DNA of 64,000 bases from Clostridiaceae bacterium BRH_c20a (GCA_000961765.1 LADT01000016.1:138210-202209), one strand, 5' to 3'. Counted from the stretch's first letter, positions 17,764 to 25,537 are shown. The notes: generated by a model not told the origin, from the letters alone. Numbers and translations are program-made.

Positions 17764-17780
17764 GTTAAAAGCTACATTTT
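17764..17780. repeat. 17-bp direct repeat copy 2 (gttaaaagctacatttt)
   Basis: Exact copy of 15339-15355. Here it forms the left arm of the 17767-17812 hairpin. Confidence 0.8.
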
Positions 17781-17812
17781 CTTGTGTAAATACCTGCGAA
17801 AATGTAGCTTTT
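17767..17812 (+). terminator. 15-bp perfect hairpin downstream of the AbiEii gene
   Basis: aaaagctacattttc / gaaaatgtagctttt with a 16-nt loop. The stem ends in a T run. Confidence 0.6.
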
Positions 17813-17989
17813 CTCATGGAACAAAGAAAAATATTAACTATAAATCCATGGCATGGTGAGCATTCAGCTGTCATGCTTTTTTATTTTGAAAAAACAGAAG
17901 GGGAGCATTCAAATGAACAGCATGCTGCCAGGCTATACAGTGATTATGTCTACAATCATACCGACAAACAGGAATTTAATGAAAAAGCA

Positions 17990-18020
17990 TTTGACTGTGA
18001 ACAGGCTTCATAGTTTATAA
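17990..18020 (+). promoter_or_regulatory. Sigma-A-like promoter with a 19-bp spacer (MerR-type architecture) upstream of the MerR-RDD gene
   Basis: TTGACT (17990-17995), then the 19-nt spacer gtgaacaggcttcatagtt, then TATAAT (18015-18020). The spacer holds the small dyad TGAA-N5-TTCA. Confidence 0.5.
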
Positions 18021-18051
18021 TTAAGACAGCAAATAGGAAAGGACGAAGGAT

Positions 18052-19491
18052 ATGACGATCAAAGAAATTGAAACGCTATCCGGGATGGAGCGAGCAAATA
18101 TACGATTTTATGAACGCGAGGGACTCATTACACCAAAGCGTAGGGATAATGGATACAGAGATTATTCGGAGAATGATATGCAAATTTTACTACGTATTAA
18201 GTTGCTACGGAGCCTTCATATCTCGTTGGATGAAATTAAGGCACTCAAAGACGGAAGCAAGGATTTGGCGGATACGCTTTCTAAGCAAATCGTGAAGCTG
18301 GATCAAGAAAAGCAAGATGCTTCTTATGCGCAGAATGTGTGCCGCACTATGCAGGGAGACAGGGTGGCTTTTGCCGATTTGGATGCCAAGAAATATCTCG
18401 ATGGTATCAACCGAACAATAAAAGAAACAGGCAGTTCGTATTTCTCTGTCAAGGGTGATGAGCTTCCACAGGTATTTCACCCATGGCGCAGATTTTTGGC
18501 TAGAATATTCGACATCTTTATGTACAATATACTTTGGTCAGCTTTTCTTGCATTTGCCTTTCATGTAAATTTGGCGACCAGAAGCAATTTGGGGAGCTTA
18601 CTTGATTCTTTCATAGCAATGGCTATGATGTTGGTTTTGGAGCCGCTCTGGCTCCATTTGTTTGGGACTACGCCGGGGAAGGCAATCTTTGGACTTAGGA
18701 TAGAAACTCCTGATGGCAGGCGTCTTTCCTATGGCGAGGGTTTAGAGCGAACGTGGGGCGTTATAGGCGTCGGGATGGGATACCATATTCCAATCTACAA
18801 CCTTACCCGTCTTTGGGAAAGCTACAAGCTGTGTAGTGAGAATGAAACGCAGCCATGGGATGAATCAATATCTTACACCCTCAAGGACACAAAATGGTAC
18901 CGAGGTGTGTTTTATATCGGCGCATATGCAGCCGTATTCGCTGTTTTGTTTACGATAATGTCCGCACAGCAACTTCCTCCCAACCGAGGTGATTTGACTG
19001 TAGCGGAATTTGTTGAGAATTACAATTATTATGCTAAGCTTTTCGGTATCGACTTTGGCAATGAATACTTGGATGAAAACGGGAGATGGGCGGAGAAAGA
19101 ATTTGACGGGGCGGTATACATTGAAATCGGCCATGCTGAAAAGCCAGAGTATCATTTTACAATAGAAAATGGATATGTGACAGGTGTTTCATTTGCAGTT
19201 GAAATTAAGAATAATGAAGGCTGGCTTAGTTCATATAACACGCAAATGGTTCTGGCTTCCCTTGCTTTTGCCGGCGCACAGAATGAAATGAGGTTATTTT
19301 CAAAAATTCCAAGTAGAATAGCGGAACAAATCGAAAATAACACCTTTAAGGATTTCCATTTTAAAGAGGCTGGCATCACGTTTACCTGTAATACCGAATA
19401 TTCTGGCTATAAAGATGCCCGATCCAATTTTCTGGTGCCGGCAGAAAATGCTGCGGAAACCTATTTCAGTTTGAATTTTTCCGTGATTTGA
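18052..19491 (+). CDS. MerR-family HTH fused to an RDD membrane domain and a ~200-aa C-terminal domain of unknown function
   Basis: N-terminal 'IKEIETLSGMERANIRFYEREGLITPKRRDNGYRDYSENDM' (MerR HTH). 'WRRFLARIFDIFMYNILW...GTTPGKAIFGLRI' (RDD). Visibly higher G+C than its neighbours. Confidence 0.8.
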   Translation: MTIKEIETLSGMERANIRFYEREGLITPKRRDNGYRDYSENDMQILLRIKLLRSLHISLDEIKALKDGSKDLADTLSKQIVKLDQEKQDASYAQNVCRTMQGDRVAFADLDAKKYLDGINRTIKETGSSYFSVKGDELPQVFHPWRRFLARIFDIFMYNILWSAFLAFAFHVNLATRSNLGSLLDSFIAMAMMLVLEPLWLHLFGTTPGKAIFGLRIETPDGRRLSYGEGLERTWGVIGVGMGYHIPIYNLTRLWESYKLCSENETQPWDESISYTLKDTKWYRGVFYIGAYAAVFAVLFTIMSAQQLPPNRGDLTVAEFVENYNYYAKLFGIDFGNEYLDENGRWAEKEFDGAVYIEIGHAEKPEYHFTIENGYVTGVSFAVEIKNNEGWLSSYNTQMVLASLAFAGAQNEMRLFSKIPSRIAEQIENNTFKDFHFKEAGITFTCNTEYSGYKDARSNFLVPAENAAETYFSLNFSVI

Positions 19492-19580
19492 ACAGAGGGG
19501 TTGTGCCAAGAGTGGTGACACAAAAACCTGTTGCCACTGGGACTCAGAGGCAAGAAGAAGGGAAGCAAAAAGCAGGGGGC

Positions 19581-19605
19581 GTGTCAAAGGACCGTCCCCA
19601 GACAC
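19581..19605. repeat. 25-bp inverted repeat, right copy (gtgtcaaaggaccgtccccagacac)
   Basis: Reverse complement of 16415-16439 with one mismatch. Confidence 0.85.
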
Positions 19606-19707
19606 GCCTTGTTGAAAAAGAAAATAACTGAATAATTACATATAATGTTTTTATTTTTTATATTGATGATATAATTTAATTATAATTTCTAATATCGAGG
19701 TATTTGG

Positions 19708-20571
19708 ATGAATAAAAAGATATTAAGAATAAATGAACTATATAATCACTTTGGTGGAAATCAGTTCTCGTTTTTTGACCTATATAACTTCTATTTAGAA
19801 ATTGAACCAAATTTAAAAGAAGGCACAGCTAGATGGAGAGTACACTATCTTAAGAGGTATAATGTAATTAATACTATTAGTAAAGGTATATATGAGTTAA
19901 TAGAAAAAGAAAAGTTGGAAAAGTACCAAATGGATTTCTCCAATAATAGGTTTGTGGTTTTTACTGCGGACATTATTGATTATAAAAAATCCAACATCAA
20001 CCAAACATTAATTAAAGAAAAATTAGCATTATTAAATAACATCCCTTTTAAATCTAAAGTGACCAACTTTGAGCTTTCAAGGGGTGATGAATTTCAAATT
20101 TTATGTACTATAAGTAAAGAAATACCTAAAATAATTAGATCTATGCGATATTTTTTAACTCCATATAAAATCAGAATAGGTTTAGGTATTGGAAAAATCG
20201 AGGAAAAACTGACAGATAATTCCTGGGAAATGAGCGGAGAAGCCTTTTTTTATGCTAGAAATGCACTTGATGAAATAAGCTCAGTTAAGGATTATTCTCT
20301 CGTTCTAAACAGCTCCGATAAAAAATTAGATAATACTATTAATTTAGTTTACAAATTAATAGATTCGCTAATTGTAAATAAATGGAGTGCAAAGCAATGG
20401 GAAGCTATTCAATACTATGATGAGTATAAAACCTATGATATTGTCGCAAATTTATTAGACATTAGTAAATCATCTGTTAGTCAAAGATGCAATAGTGCAA
20501 ATTGGGATATATATTCCGATGCCGAAAATAAAATTGCAGAAATCATAATGAATTATTATATGCAAACATAG
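19708..20571 (+). CDS. SatD-family-like protein with an extra N-terminal wHTH-like domain and a C-terminal HTH-like tail
   Basis: Core 'VVFTADIIDYKKS...LSRGDEFQILC...IRIGLGIGKIE...MSGEAFFYARNALDE' resembles SatD as I recall it. N-terminal 'RWRVHYLKRYNVINTISKGIYEL'. C-terminal 'IVANLLDISKSSVSQR'. Confidence 0.6.
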   Translation: MNKKILRINELYNHFGGNQFSFFDLYNFYLEIEPNLKEGTARWRVHYLKRYNVINTISKGIYELIEKEKLEKYQMDFSNNRFVVFTADIIDYKKSNINQTLIKEKLALLNNIPFKSKVTNFELSRGDEFQILCTISKEIPKIIRSMRYFLTPYKIRIGLGIGKIEEKLTDNSWEMSGEAFFYARNALDEISSVKDYSLVLNSSDKKLDNTINLVYKLIDSLIVNKWSAKQWEAIQYYDEYKTYDIVANLLDISKSSVSQRCNSANWDIYSDAENKIAEIIMNYYMQT

Positions 20572-20608
20572 GACAATTACTAATTAGATTTTTAATAAAG
20601 ATCTAGAT

Positions 20609-20698
20609 AAAGTTCGTATAATAATACTGACCAATAGGTAAGTTCGTATAATAATACGGATAAATAGGTAAGTTCGTATAATCGCACTTATTAATAGG
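20609..20698. repeat. Three head-to-tail 30-bp imperfect direct repeats (core TAAGTTCGTATAAT...ATAGG)
   Basis: Units start at 20609, 20639 and 20669. They lie between the SatD-like stop and the DUF3307 start. Confidence 0.85.
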
Positions 20699-20727
20699 AA
20701 CATTAAGTAAACCAAAGGGGTAACAAA

Positions 20728-21492
20728 ATGGAAATAGTTTTTCTAGCAATAATATCACATGTTATAGCAGATTTTATCTTTCAAACTGAAGAGATTGTTG
20801 AACTAAAAGAACAAAAAGGAATTAAAGGATATATTTATCATGGTCTTGGTATTTTTGCAGCATCTTTTGTTTTATTATTCAGTAACGATGGAATAAAAGA
20901 TTTAATTTTATTTTTATCGTTAATTACAATTATCCACTTAATTATAGATTATATAAAAGTGGAATTAGAGCAAGGTGAATTTAGTAACAATAAATTATTT
21001 AGCATATTTAATTTTATTATCGATCAAGTTCTGCATATTTTATTAATTATTTTTTTATTATCACTTTTAGATTTAGGTAAACCAATTATCTTGGAGATAG
21101 TAAACATTAAGTTTTTATTTTCTATTCTTATACTAATTTATTTAACTTTTGGTGGGTCAATACTTATAAGAAAAACTTTAGACTTAATTTATCGAAGGAA
21201 ACCAAATTATTTAGATATAATAGAGAATAGTACTGAAGAAAAAGATTTATTAAAAGAAGCTAGAGTAGGTAAATACATAGGAATTCTTGAAAGAACAATA
21301 TTGTTCATAGTTTTAATAAATGGGAAGATGGAAGCAGTCGGTTTTATTATTGCAGCAAAATCCTTTACTAGATTTAAACAGCTGGAAAAGAAAGAATTTG
21401 CTGAATACTATTTAATAGGGACATTATTAAGTGTAACTTTTGCTTTGATTAGTTATGTAATATATTCTAGTTATGAATTGTTTAATATATAA
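20728..21492 (+). CDS. DUF3307-family integral membrane protein (SatE-like partner of SatD)
   Basis: N-terminal 'ISHVIADFIFQT' (HxxxDFxxQ), 'HLIIDYIK' and 'GKYIGILERTILF...IIAAKSFTRF'. Several TM segments. Confidence 0.65.
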   Translation: MEIVFLAIISHVIADFIFQTEEIVELKEQKGIKGYIYHGLGIFAASFVLLFSNDGIKDLILFLSLITIIHLIIDYIKVELEQGEFSNNKLFSIFNFIIDQVLHILLIIFLLSLLDLGKPIILEIVNIKFLFSILILIYLTFGGSILIRKTLDLIYRRKPNYLDIIENSTEEKDLLKEARVGKYIGILERTILFIVLINGKMEAVGFIIAAKSFTRFKQLEKKEFAEYYLIGTLLSVTFALISYVIYSSYELFNI

Positions 21493-21541
21493 ATGTATTT
21501 TTTAAAAAAGGTTGTATTTATCAAATATTGTAGTTAACAAC

Positions 21542-21567
21542 AAAAGAACTGCGTGTGCAGTTCTTTT
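21542..21567. terminator. Bidirectional hairpin between the convergent DUF3307 gene and adhE
   Basis: aaaagaactgc / gcagttctttt with a 4-nt loop, flanked by A and T runs. Confidence 0.75.
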
Positions 21568-21595
21568 AGTTTTGCCGATAGGAAAGTGCTGTATT

Positions 21596-24292
21596 TTAGT
21601 GCATTATCTGATTGGTTTGCTGCTCCCCTGTAATTTCTCCCGTTTGGATCATAGAGGGGTTATAGTGTTTATCCTGATCTTGTTTGTATTTTAGCCTAAA
21701 CTGACTATCGTAAGCTTCTTTAAGTAATTCTTCTAATTCGGAAATTAGAGGCAAGCGGGGATTAGTAATAGTAACCTGATCTTCAAAGGCACGCTCTGCC
21801 AATTGAGGAATTTTCCTATAATATTCATCCCGGTCTATGCCTAATTCTGAGATAGTAAAGGGAATATTTATTTCTTTCATTAAGTTTCTGATGTGGCTAA
21901 TAAGACTGTTAACTCCTTCTTCCGAAGTAGAAGCAGGCAGTCCAAGAAAGTGGGCAATCTGCCGGTATTTTTCCGGAGCAACATAATACTCATATTTTGG
22001 AAAAGAAACAAATTTTGTAGGTTGCTGGGCGTTATAATTGATAACATAGGGCAGAAAAACCCCATTGGCACGCCCGTGGGGAATATGGAACTCACCACCA
22101 ATTTTATGGGCCAAGCTGTGGGTAATACCCAAAAAAGCGTTGGTAAAAGCCATTCCAGCAATGCATGATGCATTATGCATTTTTTCCCTTGCTGCTTTAT
22201 CTTCTCCATGATGATAAGCAGCAGGCAGGTATTGGAATACAAGTTCAATTGCCTTTAAGGCCAGAGCATCCGAATAATCTGAAGCCATAATTGATACATA
22301 AGCTTCTATTGCGTGGGTGAGAACGTCAATTCCTGTATCTGCAGTAAGATTAGGTGGAATAGAATAAGTAAATTCCGGGTCGATTATGGCTACATCTGGT
22401 GTTAACTCATAGTCTGCCAAAGGGTATTTAATTTCTTTATTTTTATCTGTGATAACAGTGAAGGCAGTAACTTCGGAACCGCTGCCGCTGGTAGTAGGGA
22501 TAGCTACCATTTTTGCTTTTCGCCCTAATTTGGGATACTTATAGGTTCTTTTGCGAATATCAAGGAACTTCAATTTAAGAAATTCGAATTCTACGTCGGG
22601 ATGCTCATAAAAAAGCCACATTCCTTTTGCTGCATCCATTGCGGAGCCGCCACCTAAGGCAATAATGGTGTCTGGTTGAGATTTAGTCAGAAGTTCGGCG
22701 CCCCTTCGAACTGTATCTAAAGATGGATCTGGCTCTACATCACTAAATATTTCCACGGCAACTGTATTTGATCGCTTTTTAAGGTGATAAATTATCCTGT
22801 CAACATATCCCAAGTTCATCATTTCTTTGTCTGTGACAATAACTGTTTTATTGATTCCTGGCATTTTTGACAGGTATTGGACAGAACCGGCTTCAAAATA
22901 TATCCTCTCAGGAACCTTAAACCACTGCATATTTACCCGTCGATGAGCAACTCTTTTTACGTTAATTAAGTTGATATCGGTAACGTTAGATGTGGTTGAA
23001 TTATGCCCCATGGATCCGCAGCCCAGGGTAAGGGACGGCATGTTGGTGTTATATATATCTCCTATTGCACCATGACTGGAAGGGGCATTTACAACAATTC
23101 TTCCTACCATCATGCGCTTGGAAAAACGGTTGATTACTTCTTCGTTTTCCGAGTGTATGACCGCTGTATGTCCCATACCTCCAAAGGAAATCATATCATG
23201 ACATAATTTAAAGGCATGCTCGAGATTGTCGGCCTCATAATAAGCTAATACGGGGCATAATTTTTCCCGTGATAAAGGATAATCTGAGCCTACGCCCGCT
23301 AATTGAGCGATTAAAATTTTTGTGTTGGGGGGGACGGAAATTCCTGCTGTCTCAGCAATAAAGGTGGCCGGTTGTCCCACAATGTCCGGGTTTAAAGAGC
23401 ATGTTCCATCACTAGTGACCAACTGTTCTAATTGAGTAATTTCCTTTGGGTTTAGAAAGTAACAACCGTTGGAAATAAGTTCATTTTTCACCTGATGGGC
23501 AATTTCTTGGTCTACAATGACCCCCTGTTCTGAGGCACAAATCATACCATTGTCAAAAGTTTTGCTAAGAATTAAATCATTAACGGCTCTTTTGACTTGG
23601 GCAGAATTTTCAATATAACAAGGGACATTTCCCGGCCCCACACCTAACGCAGGTTTCCCAGTGCTGTAGGCAGCCCTTACCATGCCTCCTCCCCCCGTAG
23701 CTAAAACTAGGGCTACTCTAGGATGATTCATTAATGCTTGAGTTGCTTCGATGGAAGGCTCTTTTATCCAACTGATACAGTTTTCGGGCGCACCTGCTCG
23801 AAGGGCCGCTTCTAACATTATTCGAGCTGACGCGGCACTGCAGTTTTGAGCACCTGGATGAAAACTGAAAATCACAGGATTCCTTGTTTTCATACAAATC
23901 AAGGATTTGAATAAAGTAGTGGATGTGGGATTGGTGACAGGAGTTACTCCAGCAATAACCCCGATGGGTTCCGCCAATTCCAGATACCCAGCTTCCTTAT
24001 CTTCATTTATAATACCCACTGTTTTATGATATTTTATGCTATGGTAAATGTATTCTGTAGCAAATATATTCTTAATAATTTTGTCTTCGTAAACGCCTCG
24101 TTTGGTTTCTTCTACTGCCATTCTAGCCAGTTCCATATGGTGGTCCAGACCTGCTAAGGTCATTGCTTTGATAATTTCATCAACTTGTTCTTGATTAAGG
24201 TTTAAAAAGTTTTCTCTAGCTTTAATTGCATTTTCAACAAGAAAATCAACAGAATCTTGTATGCTTTGACTAGCCGAATGTTTATCGTCCAT
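21596..24292 (-). CDS. adhE: Bifunctional acetaldehyde-CoA dehydrogenase / alcohol dehydrogenase
   Basis: 898 aa. N-terminal ALDH domain ('ATGGGGMVRAAYSTGKPALGVGPGN', catalytic 'NGMICASEQ'). C-terminal Fe-ADH domain ('ALGGGSAMDAAK', 'HSLAHKIGGEFHIPHG'). Confidence 0.95.
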   Translation of the reverse strand: MDDKHSASQSIQDSVDFLVENAIKARENFLNLNQEQVDEIIKAMTLAGLDHHMELARMAVEETKRGVYEDKIIKNIFATEYIYHSIKYHKTVGIINEDKEAGYLELAEPIGVIAGVTPVTNPTSTTLFKSLICMKTRNPVIFSFHPGAQNCSAASARIMLEAALRAGAPENCISWIKEPSIEATQALMNHPRVALVLATGGGGMVRAAYSTGKPALGVGPGNVPCYIENSAQVKRAVNDLILSKTFDNGMICASEQGVIVDQEIAHQVKNELISNGCYFLNPKEITQLEQLVTSDGTCSLNPDIVGQPATFIAETAGISVPPNTKILIAQLAGVGSDYPLSREKLCPVLAYYEADNLEHAFKLCHDMISFGGMGHTAVIHSENEEVINRFSKRMMVGRIVVNAPSSHGAIGDIYNTNMPSLTLGCGSMGHNSTTSNVTDINLINVKRVAHRRVNMQWFKVPERIYFEAGSVQYLSKMPGINKTVIVTDKEMMNLGYVDRIIYHLKKRSNTVAVEIFSDVEPDPSLDTVRRGAELLTKSQPDTIIALGGGSAMDAAKGMWLFYEHPDVEFEFLKLKFLDIRKRTYKYPKLGRKAKMVAIPTTSGSGSEVTAFTVITDKNKEIKYPLADYELTPDVAIIDPEFTYSIPPNLTADTGIDVLTHAIEAYVSIMASDYSDALALKAIELVFQYLPAAYHHGEDKAAREKMHNASCIAGMAFTNAFLGITHSLAHKIGGEFHIPHGRANGVFLPYVINYNAQQPTKFVSFPKYEYYVAPEKYRQIAHFLGLPASTSEEGVNSLISHIRNLMKEINIPFTISELGIDRDEYYRKIPQLAERAFEDQVTITNPRLPLISELEELLKEAYDSQFRLKYKQDQDKHYNPSMIQTGEITGEQQTNQIMH

Positions 24293-24373
24293 GATTAAGC
24301 CTCCATGTCGTAAAAGATTTACTTTATGAGAAGTATTCCCTGGACGGTTGATTATAACCCCTAATCGTAGTAG

Positions 24374-25042
24374 TTAATTTGTCTTTTTCTCTATTTTACT
24401 CTTTAAATCTTCTTTCCGATGGGAGAATAGAAAATTATAAACATATATGGCAATGATACCGGTATTTAATACTGAGCTTAGACATTCTAAAAATACAAAA
24501 GTGCGCATCCATACTCCGTAGGGTACTAGATCTCCATATCCTAAAGTAAAATATGTAACAAAACTAAAGTACAAAGAGTTTGCAAAATCTAATTTAATAG
24601 GTTGATAACCTGAAAGAGCCCCTAATAAACCTTGTGTATTACCGTCAATACTATAAATCAACAGATAGAATAATGCAAAGAAAACTACCATAGCGAAAAC
24701 CATTAATACAGCTAGAAAAACCGTAAATGTAAATTTGTAGTTATCATTCCATTTTTTGACTTGAACCTTTTGTATTTGAATCCAGGCAAATTTATACCAT
24801 TGGGGTATTAATAGAAGTAAATTAATACTACTGTAAACATATATGAAATATTTATAAGGTTTTATTATCTCTAAGGGAAAAATATTAGATATAATTACTA
24901 AGGTAAACAGTCCAAATATAATAGGCAAAATAAATACAATTAACTGATAAGCTAGATTCTTGTACCAGTATTGAGAAGTAAAGGAAAACCACCATATAGA
25001 GATTAACAAGACGAAGGTGAATAGAAAAAAGAAATATAACAT
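24374..25042 (-). CDS. Potassium channel family protein
   Basis: K+ selectivity filter 'FTLGYGDLVP', preceded by several TM helices. Same strand as adhE and upstream of it. Confidence 0.75.
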   Translation of the reverse strand: MLYFFFLFTFVLLISIWWFSFTSQYWYKNLAYQLIVFILPIIFGLFTLVIISNIFPLEIIKPYKYFIYVYSSINLLLLIPQWYKFAWIQIQKVQVKKWNDNYKFTFTVFLAVLMVFAMVVFFALFYLLIYSIDGNTQGLLGALSGYQPIKLDFANSLYFSFVTYFTLGYGDLVPYGVWMRTFVFLECLSSVLNTGIIAIYVYNFLFSHRKEDLKSKIEKKTN

Positions 25043-25110
25043 GATTATTCCTCATATTTTTGTACATTTTATAAATGATTATGAGTAATAATTAAATTTT
25101 AGAATGCAAG

Positions 25111-25149
25111 AAAAAGAGACAAAAAGCGATATGCTTCTTGTCTCTTTTT
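25111..25149 (-). terminator. Hairpin downstream of the minus-strand tRNA cluster
   Basis: aaaaagagacaa / ttgtctcttttt with a 15-nt loop. Confidence 0.65.
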
Positions 25150-25224
25150 GGAGCCGACGATGGGACTCGAACCCGCAACCTGCTGATTACAAGTCAGCTG
25201 CTCTACCAATTGAGCTACGTCGGC
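25149..25224 (-). tRNA. tRNA-Thr (anticodon UGU)
   Basis: The reverse complement folds with acceptor gccgacg/cgtcggc and anticodon arm gctga-ctTGTaa-tcagc. CCA encoded. Confidence 0.92.
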
Positions 25225-25228
25225 ATAG

Positions 25229-25304
25229 TGGCGGAGCTGACGGGAATCGAACCCGCGATCTTCGGCGTGACAGGCCGACATGTTAACCGCTACACTACAG
25301 CTCC
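25229..25304 (-). tRNA. tRNA-Asp (anticodon GUC)
   Basis: Reverse complement: acceptor ggagctg/cagctcc, anticodon arm tcggc-ctGTCac-gccga. CCA encoded. Confidence 0.92.
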
Positions 25305-25408
25305 ATACTGGATGCTAGAGGCTTGACGCTAGAAGCTAGATTGAATTTTAAATCCTTTGGGATTGTTATCCTATCTAGCCTCAAGTTTCCAGCTTCTAAT
25401 TACTATTT

Positions 25409-25483
25409 TGGTGACCCATAGGGGACTTGAACCCCTGTTACCGCCGTGAAAGGGCGGTGTCTTAACCGCTTGACCAATGGGCC
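25409..25483 (-). tRNA. tRNA-Glu (anticodon UUC)
   Basis: Reverse complement: acceptor ggcccat/atgggtc (one G-U pair), anticodon arm ccgcc-ctTTCac-ggcgg. CCA encoded. Confidence 0.9.
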
Positions 25484-25508
25484 TAATCATTAAACAACTA
25501 CGAATTTA

Positions 25509-25537
25509 ATTCTAGTTTATTTTCAGACTCCTGTCAA
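25509..25537 (-). promoter_or_regulatory. Sigma-A promoter of the tRNA-Glu/Asp/Thr operon
   Basis: The minus strand reads TTGACA (25537-25532), a 17-nt spacer, then TAGAAT (25514-25509). The -10 ends about 25 nt upstream of the tRNA-Glu 5' end. Confidence 0.7.

Noticed and set aside
17732-18013. 93-aa track ORF between the AbiEii gene and the MerR-RDD gene.
   Set aside because: Its 5' third reads through the 15-bp perfect terminator-like hairpin (17767-17812) and it starts at a TTG with no RBS. At most a shorter product from ATG 17816 could be real, and I see no motif to support it.
20609-20698. Whether the three 30-bp repeats are a mini-CRISPR array.
   Set aside because: The repeats are contiguous with no spacers, imperfect, AT-rich and non-palindromic. 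No cas genes are present.
24293-24373. Rex operator (TTGTGAA-N6-TTCACAA) upstream of adhE.
   Set aside because: There is no such dyad in the 81-nt gap between the K+ channel gene and adhE. The adhE promoter may lie further upstream, which I cannot resolve by eye.
25099-25326. Track ORFs 25099..25281(-), 25104..25286(+) and 25138..25326(+). The same applies to 15653..15838(-) and 51277..51477(-).
   Set aside because: They are translations across tRNA genes (Thr/Asp, Pro/Cys, Trp), not proteins.
25305-25408. Partial symmetric motifs (ctagaggcttga / tctagcctcaag, tagaagctag / ccagcttcta) in the 104-nt spacer between tRNA-Asp and tRNA-Glu.
   Set aside because: The halves are in swapped order and do not form a consistent hairpin or direct repeat on checking. 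It is probably just a processing spacer.
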